A stretch of DNA of 64,000 nucleotides from Frankiaceae bacterium (GCA_035940575.1 DASZER010000016.1:18258-82257); one strand, 5' to 3'. Shown: positions 29,100 to 38,035, numbered from the stretch's first letter. Made by a program: numbers and translations. The notes: generated by a model not told the origin, from the letters alone.

Positions 29100-29546
29100 C
29101 TACGCCCAGGTGAACGTGTACTTGACCGTGCCCGTCGGGCCACCGGCCCAGTTGCAGGCGATGATCGTGTAGACCGTGCCGGCCTTCTTGACCTTGGCGG
29201 TCAGCGACTCGACGGCCGGGTCGACCGGCTGGGTGCCGCCGCTGTTCGCGATCTCGGCGCCCTTGGAGTCGAGGAGCAGCAGGTCCCAGTCGCCCTGGAA
29301 GCCGTTCAGCTCGACCTTGAGCTTGCCGGCGCCGGGCGCCTTGAACTCCTCCGAGTCGTACGACTGCGGCACGGCCTGCGCGCACACCGAGTACGGGCTC
29401 TGCTCCGCGTAGTTCGAGGGGTCCGGCAGCGGGGCCGTCGCGGTGTACGTCTTGGTGATCGGCTTGCGCGGCGCGGCGGTCGCGGGGACGGCCGCACCGG
29501 CGGCGATCAGCGCGGCGGCGGCGGCGAGAACGGGAGTCGTACGCAT
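29100..29546 (-). CDS. Small secreted protein with a PPC (pre-peptidase C-terminal)-like beta-sandwich domain
   Basis: The internal ATG at 29546 gives MRTTPVLAAAAALIAAGAAVPATA (signal peptide). The pattern GDWDLLLLDSKG...AGTVYTIIACNWAGGPTGTVKYTFTWA matches PPC-domain proteins. Confidence 0.5.
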   Translation of the reverse strand: MRTTPVLAAAAALIAAGAAVPATAAPRKPITKTYTATAPLPDPSNYAEQSPYSVCAQAVPQSYDSEEFKAPGAGKLKVELNGFQGDWDLLLLDSKGAEIANSGGTQPVDPAVESLTAKVKKAGTVYTIIACNWAGGPTGTVKYTFTWA

Positions 29547-29663
29547 CGAGGGCTCCGTCTGGGGTGCGTGGTTGTCTACGGACTCCGTTCGCCGCGCCCC
29601 GGCGAGTCCCTGCTTGAACGGACGAGTGGCGCAAGGGCGACATTTCCGGCACCCTTCGGCCCC

Positions 29664-29891
29664 ATGCGCCGACTCCTGCTGCCGCTCCTCGTGCTGTCCG
29701 TCGTGCCGTTCGCGGGCTCCGCGAGCGCCGGCTGCGACTACGACCCCGAGGGCAACCCCGAGTGCCACGCGGTCGACTGCCTCGCCTGGGACCCGACGCC
29801 GCCGCCGCCGGCCGAGCTCGTCGCGCGGGCCACGTCGGGCGACCCCGCGAGCGTCGCGACCTGGGTGCTGCCGCCCGTCTGCCCGAGCTAA
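29664..29891 (+). CDS. Small secreted cysteine-rich peptide (75-aa precursor)
   Basis: MRRLLLPLLVLSVVPFAGSASA followed by a ~53-aa mature region with 4 Cys (GCDYDPEGNPECHAVDCLAWDPTPPPP....PPVCPS). The ribosome-binding site is weak. Confidence 0.35.
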   Translation: MRRLLLPLLVLSVVPFAGSASAGCDYDPEGNPECHAVDCLAWDPTPPPPAELVARATSGDPASVATWVLPPVCPS

Positions 29892-29898
29892 GTACGGG

Positions 29899-30663
29899 CT
29901 AGAGCGGGATCTCCACGGTCATAGTCCAGACCTCGGTCGGCTCGGCCGTGCCCGCGTAGCGCTGGCGCAGCACCCCGCCCGCGCCGTCGCGCGCCGTCGT
30001 GAACCGCGACGAGCCGTACGCGCTGGTGCTGCCCGTCCTGCCGGTCGGGACGAGCCCCGCGGTCGTGTCGTCGCACGGCTGCTCGCCCGGCTGCTCGACG
30101 CAGATCTCGACGCCGCCCCACGTCGCGGGCACCTCGCGCTTGGGCAGCGTCGTGCGGTACGCCGCCAGCACCATCGACCCGTGGCCGCGCAACGGCGTCC
30201 TGGTGTCGCCGCGGTAGCGCACAGGCGAGTCCGCGCGCACGTCCATCCGCTCCGCGCTGACGGGCACGCGCGTCCGCCGCGTGACGCGCGCGGCGACGTT
30301 GTGGCGCAGCCCGCGCGCGAGCACGCGTACGGTCGCCCGGCCGTCGGCGACGAGGTACACGCGGTATTTGCCGGCGGGCAGCGGCTCGTACGGCCCTGAC
30401 CGCACGACGCCGAAGCCGTGCTCCTGGATCGCGATGACGTCGTCGGCGAGGCTCGCGCCGGTCTTGTGCACGTAGATGCCGCTCACGCGCCCGGACGTCC
30501 GGTACTGCGTGTAGAGCGTGTCGAGGGTGACCTCGGTGTCGAACGTCACGTCGACGTAGCCCGAGCCGTCGCCGGTGACCGTCAGGAACCGGTCGTGGTC
30601 CGCGTACGCGGGCACCGCCGTCGCGCCCAGGAGCAGCACCGCCGCCAGGAGCCTTCGCGTCAT
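29899..30663 (-). CDS. Secreted hypothetical protein
   Basis: The internal ATG at 30663 gives MTRRLLAAVLLLGATAVPAYA (signal peptide) and 254 aa. The start overlaps the thioesterase stop as ATGA. Confidence 0.55.
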   Translation of the reverse strand: MTRRLLAAVLLLGATAVPAYADHDRFLTVTGDGSGYVDVTFDTEVTLDTLYTQYRTSGRVSGIYVHKTGASLADDVIAIQEHGFGVVRSGPYEPLPAGKYRVYLVADGRATVRVLARGLRHNVAARVTRRTRVPVSAERMDVRADSPVRYRGDTRTPLRGHGSMVLAAYRTTLPKREVPATWGGVEICVEQPGEQPCDDTTAGLVPTGRTGSTSAYGSSRFTTARDGAGGVLRQRYAGTAEPTEVWTMTVEIPL

Positions 30664-31166
30664 GTCTCCCCCCTCGACTGCCGGATCGCCTCGCGGCGCG
30701 CGAGGCGGTGCGTTCGCCGGATCTCCGCCTCGCGGAAGCGCCGAGCCGCCACCTCGTCGTCCGCGTCGAACGACACCGGCGGCACCTCGCGCGGCTTGCC
30801 CCGCGCGTCGAGACCCACGTAGACCAGATACGCCGTCGAGGTGTGCAACGCCTCCCCGACCTCGTCCCATCGTTCCGCCTCGACGCGGACGCCGATCTCC
30901 ATCGACGTGCGGCCCGCCCAGTTGACCTGCGCGTGCGCGTGCACGAGGTCTCCGACGTGCACCGGGACGAGGAACACCATCTCGTCCATCGACGCGGTCA
31001 CGGCGCGGCCGCCGGAGTGGCGGGCGGCGACGACGCCGGCCGCGTCGTCCACCAGCTTCATGATCACGCCGCCGTGGATGTTGCCGTGCAGGTTCGCGTC
31101 GAGCGCGGTCATGATGCGCGACAGCGTGCAGCGCGACGCGTCGACGGGGCGCGGGTCCAAAGCCAT
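30660..31166 (-). CDS. Acyl-CoA thioesterase (hotdog fold, YciA-like)
   Basis: 168 aa. LSRIMTALDANLHGNIHGGVIMKLVDDAAG aligns with the YciA-type N-terminus. Confidence 0.75.
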   Translation of the reverse strand: MALDPRPVDASRCTLSRIMTALDANLHGNIHGGVIMKLVDDAAGVVAARHSGGRAVTASMDEMVFLVPVHVGDLVHAHAQVNWAGRTSMEIGVRVEAERWDEVGEALHTSTAYLVYVGLDARGKPREVPPVSFDADDEVAARRFREAEIRRTHRLARREAIRQSRGET

Positions 31167-31274
31167 GACGGCGACGCTATCGCTCTGCCACGCTCGTCCC
31201 GTGACCGACCGCTTCCGCCCGCTGGTCGCCCGGATCGAGCGGGCGCGCGCGACGGCACCTCGGGCGGTGACGGC

Positions 31275-31691
31275 GTGAGCGTGCGGTACCGGCTGACGTG
31301 GCGGCAGATCCTGGTGCCGGGCGTCGTGGCGTTGCTGGTGCCCGGAGCCCGCGCGTTCGGCGACGGCGCCCGGGTCGCCCCGGCGGTCACGGCGCTCCTC
31401 GTGATCGTCGCGATGGCCGCCCTGCGGCGCGCGGAGTCGGTCGCGGACGAGCGGGGCGTCACCGTCACGATGCCGCTCGGCCGCAGGCGTTACGAGTGGT
31501 CCGGGGTGGCCGGCGTCGACCACCCGCGCGTCCTCGGCCAGCGGGCGGTCAGGCTCACCGTCGAGGGCCGCCGCTTCCGCGTCTGGCTGCCCGCGCCGAG
31601 ACACACGCCGCTGGTGTCCCCGGACCCGGGGTTCGAGGAGAAGGCCGCGACGATCGAACGCCTCTGGCGCGAGTCGCGCGCCGCTACCTGA
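31275..31691 (+). CDS. Hypothetical small membrane protein (possibly a bacterial PH-domain type)
   Basis: GTG start at 31275 or 31281. It has one TM helix, then a VTVTMPLGRRRYEWSGVAGVD..RAVRLTVEGRRFRVWLP beta-rich segment. The call is weak. Confidence 0.3.
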   Translation: MSVRYRLTWRQILVPGVVALLVPGARAFGDGARVAPAVTALLVIVAMAALRRAESVADERGVTVTMPLGRRRYEWSGVAGVDHPRVLGQRAVRLTVEGRRFRVWLPAPRHTPLVSPDPGFEEKAATIERLWRESRAAT

Positions 31692-31792
31692 GCAGGTTGC
31701 GGGCCGTCACGACGTCAGGACCCCAGGGTCGCCCCGTTGCTCGTCGCACTGCTGGACGGCCCTGACGTGGCCGTCCACGCTCCGGGGCCGCG

Positions 31793-32338
31793 TCAGAGCC
31801 GCTTGCGGGCGTATGCCAGCCGCTTCAGCTCCGACGGGGCCAGACTGGCGCCACCGGCCTCCAACGCCACGTAGTGCTTCACCACGGCCGTCCAGTCCCG
31901 CGCGTGCCAGGCGGCCTCCGCGGCCCGGCGCGTCCGGCTGTCCGCCAGGTCCCGCGTGTACTCGTGCGACAGCTCGCGGGAGCGAGCCGCGGCCCGCTCC
32001 CAACCAGCGGAGCCCAGACCCAGCAGCTCCGGTGCGACCGCGGATGTCAGCGACGCCAGCTCGTCGACGTACGAGCGGGCGACCGTGGGGTCGTACCCCT
32101 GCCAGCCGTGCGCTGGCCAGAGCTCACCCTTTCCAACGGCCTCCAGTCCCTCATGAAGACCGAAGCGGTCGACGAACGCACCAGGCTCACCGCGGGCGAA
32201 GGTCACGTCGACGAAGCCGTCCCGCCAGTCGCGCGCCACGGTGATCCTCCGGTCGGCTGCGCGCCACACGACGGCGCGCTCGTGGACCGACTCGACCTCG
32301 AACCCCCAGTTGGCGAGAAACGCGAAGCGCTCCCGCAT
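31793..32338 (-). CDS. Hypothetical protein
   Basis: The C-terminal 180-221 aa of the 571-aa track ORF is the only part that does not overlap the acyl-CoA dehydrogenase gene. The start is uncertain: ATG at 32338, with in-frame GTG candidates up to 32458. Confidence 0.35.
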   Translation of the reverse strand: MRERFAFLANWGFEVESVHERAVVWRAADRRITVARDWRDGFVDVTFARGEPGAFVDRFGLHEGLEAVGKGELWPAHGWQGYDPTVARSYVDELASLTSAVAPELLGLGSAGWERAAARSRELSHEYTRDLADSRTRRAAEAAWHARDWTAVVKHYVALEAGGASLAPSELKRLAYARKRL

Positions 32339-32481
32339 CAGAGCGGCCAGATCGTCCGCTTCAGGTCCTGACCCCACGCCTCCCCCTCGCTGGCACACGA
32401 CCGTCACACAGAGGCGCGCCGACGACCAGTCCGACCAGTCCACGTCCTCGGCAGTGACAGGGCATCGTGGCCCTGCTCGAC

Positions 32482-33636
32482 CTACTTGAGGAGCTGTCGT
32501 GCCATCACGACGCGCTGGATCTGGTTGGTACCCTCGTAGATCTGCGTGATCTTCGCGTCGCGCATGAAGCGCTCCATCGGGTAGTCGGAGACGTACCCGT
32601 AGCCGCCGAGGAGCTGCACGCCGTCGGTCGTGACCTCCATCGCGACGTCGGAGGCGAAGCACTTCGCGGCCGCGCTGACGAACGTCAGGTCCGGCTCCAT
32701 GCGCTCGGCCTTGCCCGCCGCGACGTAGATGAGCTGGCGCGCGGCCTCGATCTTCATGGCCATGTCGGCGAGCATGAACTGCACGGCCTGGAACGTCGCG
32801 ATCGGCTTGCCGAACTGCGAGCGCTCCTTGACGTAGCCGAGCGCGTAGTCGAGCGACCCCTGCGCGATGCCGAGGGCCTGCGCGCCGATCGTCAGGCGCG
32901 TGTGGTCGAGCGTGCGCAGCGCGGTCTTGAAGCCGGTCCCCTCCTCGCCGATGATCCGGTCGGCCGGGATGCGGCAGTTGTCGAAGTACAGCTCGCCGGT
33001 GGGGCTGCCCTTGATGCCCATCTTCTTCTCGAGCTTGCCGACGCTGAAGCCGGGGTCGTCCTTCTCCACGACGAACGCGCTGATGCCGTTCGCGCCCTTC
33101 TCGGGGTCCGTGACCGCCATGACCGTGTAGTACGACGACACGCTCGCGTTGGTGATCCAGCGCTTGGAGCCGTTGAGGACGTACGAGTCGCCGTCGCGCA
33201 CCGCGCGCGTCTTCATCGACGCGGCGTCGGAGCCCGCCTCGGGCTCCGAGAGGGCGTAGCTGATCATGCCCTCGCCGCTCGCGACCTTGGGCAGGTAGCG
33301 GTGCTTGATGTCCTCGCCGCCCGACAGCAGCATGCCCTGGGTCCCGAGCTTGTTGACGGCCGGGATCAGCGACGACGCGGCGCAGACCCGCGCGACCTCC
33401 TCGATGAGGATCGCGCTGGAGATCGCGTCGGCGCCGGGGCCGCCGTACGCCTCGGGGACGTGGATCGCGAGCAGGTCGTTGCGCTTGAGCTCCTCGAACA
33501 CGTCCCACGGGAACTCGCCCGTCTCGTCGATCTGCGCGGCGCGCGGGCCGATCTTCGCCTCGGCCATGGCGCGGACGGACTTGCGGAGGAGGTCGTGCTC
33601 CTCGGCGAGGCGGTACGTGTCGAAGTCAGGGTTCAC
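32482..33636 (-). CDS. Acyl-CoA dehydrogenase
   Basis: 384-aa full-length ACAD with GGYGYVSDYPMERFMRDAKITQIYEGTNQIQR at the C-terminus. Confidence 0.9.
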   Translation of the reverse strand: MNPDFDTYRLAEEHDLLRKSVRAMAEAKIGPRAAQIDETGEFPWDVFEELKRNDLLAIHVPEAYGGPGADAISSAILIEEVARVCAASSLIPAVNKLGTQGMLLSGGEDIKHRYLPKVASGEGMISYALSEPEAGSDAASMKTRAVRDGDSYVLNGSKRWITNASVSSYYTVMAVTDPEKGANGISAFVVEKDDPGFSVGKLEKKMGIKGSPTGELYFDNCRIPADRIIGEEGTGFKTALRTLDHTRLTIGAQALGIAQGSLDYALGYVKERSQFGKPIATFQAVQFMLADMAMKIEAARQLIYVAAGKAERMEPDLTFVSAAAKCFASDVAMEVTTDGVQLLGGYGYVSDYPMERFMRDAKITQIYEGTNQIQRVVMARQLLK

Positions 33637-33747
33637 ACGGCCAATCGTAATGGCGCGCCGGTATGGCCCGGATTGGGCCGAACGCCCCCTTCAGTACGGC
33701 ACACGCGGACTATTCAGCCCCGGCGGGGACCCGACGATGACCACTCC

Positions 33748-36078
33748 GTGACCATCGAGGACTACGTCCCCCGGCACGCCGACGCGGCGCCGCCGCGGCG
33801 CCGGCGCCTGGGCGAGGTCCTGGTCGCCTCGGGCGTCATCACCGAGGCCGAGCTGAACGGCCTCCTCGCCGAGCAGGCGTCGCAGCCGCGCGAGCTCCGC
33901 AAGCGCCTCGGCGCGATGGTCGTCGAGAAAGGCATGGCCGCCGAGCGCGACATCGCGACGGCGCTGGCCGCCGTCATGGGCCTGGAGATGGTCGACGTCG
34001 CGCGCCTCGGCGTCGCGCCCGCGGCCGCCAGGCTGATCCCGCGCGCGGTCGCCGAGCGCTACGCCGTCCTCGGCGTCGCGTACGCCGAGGGCCGCCTCAC
34101 GCTCGCGATGGCCGACCCGACCGACGTCGTCGCGCTGGACGACGTACGCCTCTACACCAAGGCCCGCACGATCGTCACGGTCGTCGCGACCGAGGGCGCT
34201 ATCCGCGAGCACCTCGCCCGCGCGTGGAGCCTCGAGGAGGACGCGTCCGACGTCGCCGGCATGTTCGAGGCGCTGGAGGAGCAGGCGCCCGAGGAGGACG
34301 ACGACAACGACGCCGAGTCGACCCCCACGGTCAAGCTCGTCAACGTCATCCTCTCCGACGCCGTCCACGCCCGCGCCTCGGACATCCACCTGCAGCCCGA
34401 GCTCGACGGCCTGCGCGTCCGCTACCGCGTGGACGGCCTGCTGCGCGACGTCATGACGGTGCCGCGCAGCGCGGTCGCCTCCGTCACGAGCCGCGTCAAG
34501 ATCATGTCGGGCCTCGACATCGCCGAGCGCCGCCGCCCGCAGGACGGCCGTACGCGGCTGTCGGTCGACGGCGACCAGATCGACGCGCGCATCTCGACGC
34601 TGCCCTCGATGCACGGCGAGAAGGTCGTCATCCGCCTGCTCGCCCGCGGCGAGGGCGTGCTGCCGCTGTCGCGCGTCGGGTTCAGCGAGCGGCAGATGGA
34701 CGCGATCCTCGACGCGCTCGTCGCGCCGCAGGGCCTCGTCCTCATCACCGGCCCGACCGGCTCGGGCAAGACGTCGACGCTGTACTCCGCGATGACGCAG
34801 ATGCGTACGCCCGACCGCAACATCGTCACGCTCGAGGACCCCGTCGAGGTCCAGCTCCGCGGCATCACGCAGGTCCAGACGAACGAGCGCGCGGGCCTGA
34901 CGTTCGCGGCCGGCCTGCGGTCCGTGCTGCGCCAGGACCCCGACGTCATCCTCGTCGGCGAGATCCGCGACAGCGAGACCGCCGAGCTGGCGCTGCGCGC
35001 GTCGCTGACCGGCCACGTCGTCTTCTCGACCCTGCACACGAACGACGCCTCCGCGGCCGTCACCCGCCTGGTCGACATGGGCATCGAGCCGTTCCTCATC
35101 GCGTCGTCGCTGACGCTCGTCGTCGCGCAGCGGCTCGTCCGCGTGCCGTGCTCGCACTGCGCCTCGCCGTACACGCCGAGCCCGCGCACGCTCCAGCTCC
35201 TCGGCCTCACCGAGTCCGACCTCGCCGGCGCCACCGTCGTGCGCGGCCGCGGCTGCGAGCAGTGCGGCCAGACCGGCTACCTCGGCCGCACCGCGATCTT
35301 CGAGGTGCTGCCCGTCGACCAGTCGCTGCGCGCGGTGCTGACGTCGCGACCCACCGAGAACGCGATCCGCGAGGCCGCGCGCGCGGCCGGCGTGGCGTCG
35401 TTGCGCGGCGACGGCGTCGCCCGCGCGCTGCGCGGCGAGACGACGCTCGAGGAGGTGCTGCGCGTCACGCAGGTCGACCACTCCGCGACCGGCAACCACT
35501 GCCCCACGTGCGACCGCTCGCTCGAGGAGGACATGGCGTTCTGCCCGTGGTGCGCGGCCTCCGTCGGGCGCCATGCGTGCGCCGGCTGCTCGCGCAGGCT
35601 CGACGCCGAGTGGCGCGTCTGCCCGTGGTGCCGTACCGCCGCCGGCGGCACGGTCGCGGCCGCCCCTGCCGAGGAGCCCGAACGCGCCCGTCCCCGCATC
35701 CTCGTGGTGGACGACGACGAGCACGTGCTCGACTTCGTGGAGGCGGCGCTCGTCGACATCTGCGACGTCGTCCGCGCGCGCAGCGCGGAGGAGGCGCTGC
35801 GCGCCGCCGCCACCGAGGACGTCGCGGCGATGGTGCTCGACCTCGTGCTGCCCGACCTGTCGGGCGTCGAGGTCACGAGGCTGCTGCGCGCCGACGCGCG
35901 GACCGCGCTGATCCCGTTGCTGCTGCTGACCGGCACGGACGACCCGCTGATGCGCACCGAGGCGTCGACGGCCGGCGCGGACCTGTACCTGTCGAAGCCG
36001 ATCGAGCCCGCCGCCCTCGAGGCCGCGGTCTGCCTGCTGCTGGAGCGCGCCGCCCTCGCCCCCGAGACCGCCCCCTAG
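33748..36078 (+). CDS. GspE/PilB-family secretion ATPase with an MshEN-type N-terminal domain, two extra zinc ribbons and a C-terminal response-regulator receiver (REC) domain
   Basis: GTG start at 33748. The N-terminus (RLGEVLVASGVITEAELNGLLAEQ) matches the MshEN c-di-GMP-binding motif. The GspE core has Walker A GPTGSGKTSTLY, TLEDPVE, and RQDPDVILVGEIRD..TA..A..A..TGHVVFSTLHTN, plus the canonical tetracysteine CSHC...CEQC. Beyond that there are two further CxxC...CPWC ribbons, then a REC domain with all key residues (VVDDDE, LDLVLPD, LLLTG, LSKP). Confidence 0.8.
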   Translation: MTIEDYVPRHADAAPPRRRRLGEVLVASGVITEAELNGLLAEQASQPRELRKRLGAMVVEKGMAAERDIATALAAVMGLEMVDVARLGVAPAAARLIPRAVAERYAVLGVAYAEGRLTLAMADPTDVVALDDVRLYTKARTIVTVVATEGAIREHLARAWSLEEDASDVAGMFEALEEQAPEEDDDNDAESTPTVKLVNVILSDAVHARASDIHLQPELDGLRVRYRVDGLLRDVMTVPRSAVASVTSRVKIMSGLDIAERRRPQDGRTRLSVDGDQIDARISTLPSMHGEKVVIRLLARGEGVLPLSRVGFSERQMDAILDALVAPQGLVLITGPTGSGKTSTLYSAMTQMRTPDRNIVTLEDPVEVQLRGITQVQTNERAGLTFAAGLRSVLRQDPDVILVGEIRDSETAELALRASLTGHVVFSTLHTNDASAAVTRLVDMGIEPFLIASSLTLVVAQRLVRVPCSHCASPYTPSPRTLQLLGLTESDLAGATVVRGRGCEQCGQTGYLGRTAIFEVLPVDQSLRAVLTSRPTENAIREAARAAGVASLRGDGVARALRGETTLEEVLRVTQVDHSATGNHCPTCDRSLEEDMAFCPWCAASVGRHACAGCSRRLDAEWRVCPWCRTAAGGTVAAAPAEEPERARPRILVVDDDEHVLDFVEAALVDICDVVRARSAEEALRAAATEDVAAMVLDLVLPDLSGVEVTRLLRADARTALIPLLLLTGTDDPLMRTEASTAGADLYLSKPIEPAALEAAVCLLLERAALAPETAP

Positions 36079-36187
36079 GAGGGTTCTGCGAAACCCGGCC
36101 CTGCTGCGCCGAGTCCGCGCGACGCAGGGCGGCTGCGGGCTGGGTCATGCCCCGCAGGCGACCGAGAACGCAGCCGGTCGTACCCTC

Positions 36188-36664
36188 CTAGTCGCAGGCG
36201 GGGCCGCTGCCGGGCAGCGGCCCGACGATCCTCCCGAACGCCGCCGCGATCGTCGCGAGCTCCTCCTGCGTGAGAAGGTCCACGACGTGCTCGCGCACGC
36301 CGCGCAGGTGCACGGGCGCCGCGGCCTTGAGCCGCGCGAGGCCCTCGTCCGTCAGCACGGCGTTGGTGCCGCGCAGGTCGCTCGGGCACGACTCGCGGCG
36401 GATGAGCCCCTCGCGCTCCAGCCGGTCGACCAGGCGCGTCAGGCCGCTGCGGGACAGCAGCACGCGGTCCGCGAGGTCGGTCATCCGCAGGCGGCGGCCG
36501 GGGGCGTCGTTGAGGTGCAGCAGCACCTCGTACGAGCCGAGCGGCAGGTCGCACTCGGCCGTCAGCTCCGCGTCGAGCAGGCGCGTCACCTTGGCGTGCG
36601 CGCGGAGGAACGACCGCCACGCGTCGAGCTCGACGTGTGAGAGCGAGGAGACCCGGGTACCCAT
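36188..36664 (-). CDS. MarR family transcriptional regulator
   Basis: 158-aa winged-helix protein (LTRLVDRLEREGLIRRE). It is divergent from yceI. Confidence 0.85.
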   Translation of the reverse strand: MGTRVSSLSHVELDAWRSFLRAHAKVTRLLDAELTAECDLPLGSYEVLLHLNDAPGRRLRMTDLADRVLLSRSGLTRLVDRLEREGLIRRESCPSDLRGTNAVLTDEGLARLKAAAPVHLRGVREHVVDLLTQEELATIAAAFGRIVGPLPGSGPACD

Positions 36665-36678
36665 GTCTTAGAGGATAG

Positions 36679-36732
36679 TTGCGCATGCAATAAACGTCGA
36701 GTACGTTGCGTTCACAACAGTTGCATACGCAA
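36679..36732. promoter_or_regulatory. Putative MarR operator: inverted repeat TTGCGCATGCAA (36679-36690) and TTGCATACGCAA (36721-36732), plus GTTG-N6-CAAC (36705-36718), in an AT-rich divergent intergenic region
   Basis: The two 12-mers are reverse complements with one mismatch. The region is conspicuously AT-rich for this genome and lies between divergently transcribed marR and yceI. Confidence 0.4.
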
Positions 36733-36757
36733 TCAACTACCGACAGGAGCTCACCCC

Positions 36758-37327
36758 ATGTCCGTCCAGACCACGACCTCGGTCGAGCAGCTCACCGGCA
36801 CCTACGACATCGACCCCAGCCACTCGAGCCTCGAGTTCGCCGCCAAGCACGCGATGGTGACGACCGTGAAGGGCCGCTTCAGCGACTTCAGCGGCGTGCT
36901 CTACCTCGACGCCGCCGACCCCTCGAAGTCCACCGCCGAGGTCACCATCAACGTCGACAGCCTCGACACGCGCAGCGAGCAGCGCGACGAGCACCTGCGC
37001 GGCGACGACTTCTTCGACGTCGCCAACAACCCGACGATCACGTTCAAGAGCACCCGCGCGGCGGCCGGCAAGGACGAGGACGAGTACCGCATGTGGGGCG
37101 ACCTGACGATCCGCGGCGTGTCCCGCGAGGTCGAGCTCGAGCTCACGTTCACCGGAAGCGCGCAGGACCCGTGGGGCAAGCAGCGCGCCGGCTTCGAGGG
37201 CCGCACGGTCGTCAACCGCAAGGACTGGGGCCTGACGTGGAACGTCGCCCTGGAGGCCGGCGGCATCCTCGTCAGCGACAAGGTGAAGCTCAACCTCGAC
37301 ATCGCCGCGGTGAAGCGCGACGCGTAG
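36758..37327 (+). CDS. YceI family protein
   Basis: 189 aa. DIDPSHSSLEFAAKHAMVTTVKGRF and WGDLTIRGVSREVELELTF fit the YceI family. A GGAGC ribosome-binding site lies upstream. Confidence 0.85.
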   Translation: MSVQTTTSVEQLTGTYDIDPSHSSLEFAAKHAMVTTVKGRFSDFSGVLYLDAADPSKSTAEVTINVDSLDTRSEQRDEHLRGDDFFDVANNPTITFKSTRAAAGKDEDEYRMWGDLTIRGVSREVELELTFTGSAQDPWGKQRAGFEGRTVVNRKDWGLTWNVALEAGGILVSDKVKLNLDIAAVKRDA

Positions 37328-37338
37328 CACCGCGGTGA

Positions 37339-37402
37339 TCCGGGCTTGGCTGGGAGCCCGGGAAACACGAAGGAGCCCGTCCCCTCGGGGGCGGGCTCCT
37401 TC
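37339..37402. terminator. Two adjacent GC-rich hairpins (37340-37362 and 37369-37402) between convergent yceI and the family-F secreted gene
   Basis: CCGGGCTtggctggGAGCCCGG and GAAGGAGCCCGTCCCCtcgGGGGCGGGCTCCTTC (stem about 15 bp). No T-tract, as is usual for high-GC actinobacteria. Confidence 0.45.
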
Positions 37403-37417
37403 GTGGAAGCGGAGGGA

Positions 37418-38035
37418 CTAGCTGCCGACCTTGTAGACCGCGTCGGTCTCCGCGCGGTCCACGGACGGGGCGGTGAGCGCGACCTCGTTGCCGCGGGCGT
37501 CGGCGCCCAGGCCGCCCCACACGGCGCCGGCCTTGAGGCCCGCGGCCTTGAACGCCTTGACCGGGATGGTCCACGTGATCGTGCTGCCGTCGATCTTCGC
37601 CGACACGTCCGTGTAGGCGTAGCCCGTCGTGCCGTCGTCGCAGGTACGGACCGCGGCGCCGTTGAGCGAGGCGTCGGGGTTGATGCTCTGCTCGGTCCAG
37701 AACTCGCAGCCGCCGATGTCGCCGACCACGCGGTAGATGCCGATCGTCGGCGCCGCCGCGAGCTTGAGGCTGACGAGGACCTTGGTCGCGGCGCTGCCTG
37801 CCTTGTCCGTGACGATCTTCACCTCGCGGATGTCGAACGCGTCGACCTGGCCGGGGGTCGCGGTGCCGCCCGACGGCCCGGCGCCGAGGCCGGGGTCGAG
37901 CGCGTTGGCGTCGCCGGCGAGGTCGGTGAACACGAGCGGCTTCGGCGCGGCCGGCTTCTTGGCTGCGGCGTTGGCGACGCCCGGCACGGCGAGCGCGACG
38001 GCGAGGGTCGCGGCGGCGGCGGTACGGATCTTCAC
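37418..38035 (-). CDS. Secreted protein, divergent member (F) of the repeated ~200-aa family
   Basis: GTG start at 38035 (VKIRTAAAATLAVALAVPGVANA signal peptide). FTDLAGDANA, DAFDIREVKIV and STITWTIPV are family motifs. Confidence 0.6.
   Translation of the reverse strand: MKIRTAAAATLAVALAVPGVANAAAKKPAAPKPLVFTDLAGDANALDPGLGAGPSGGTATPGQVDAFDIREVKIVTDKAGSAATKVLVSLKLAAAPTIGIYRVVGDIGGCEFWTEQSINPDASLNGAAVRTCDDGTTGYAYTDVSAKIDGSTITWTIPVKAFKAAGLKAGAVWGGLGADARGNEVALTAPSVDRAETDAVYKVGS

Noticed and set aside
32467-36078. 1203-aa ORF as the GspE gene
   Set aside because: The first 427 codons are antisense to the acyl-CoA dehydrogenase gene. The recognisable protein begins at the GTG at 33748.
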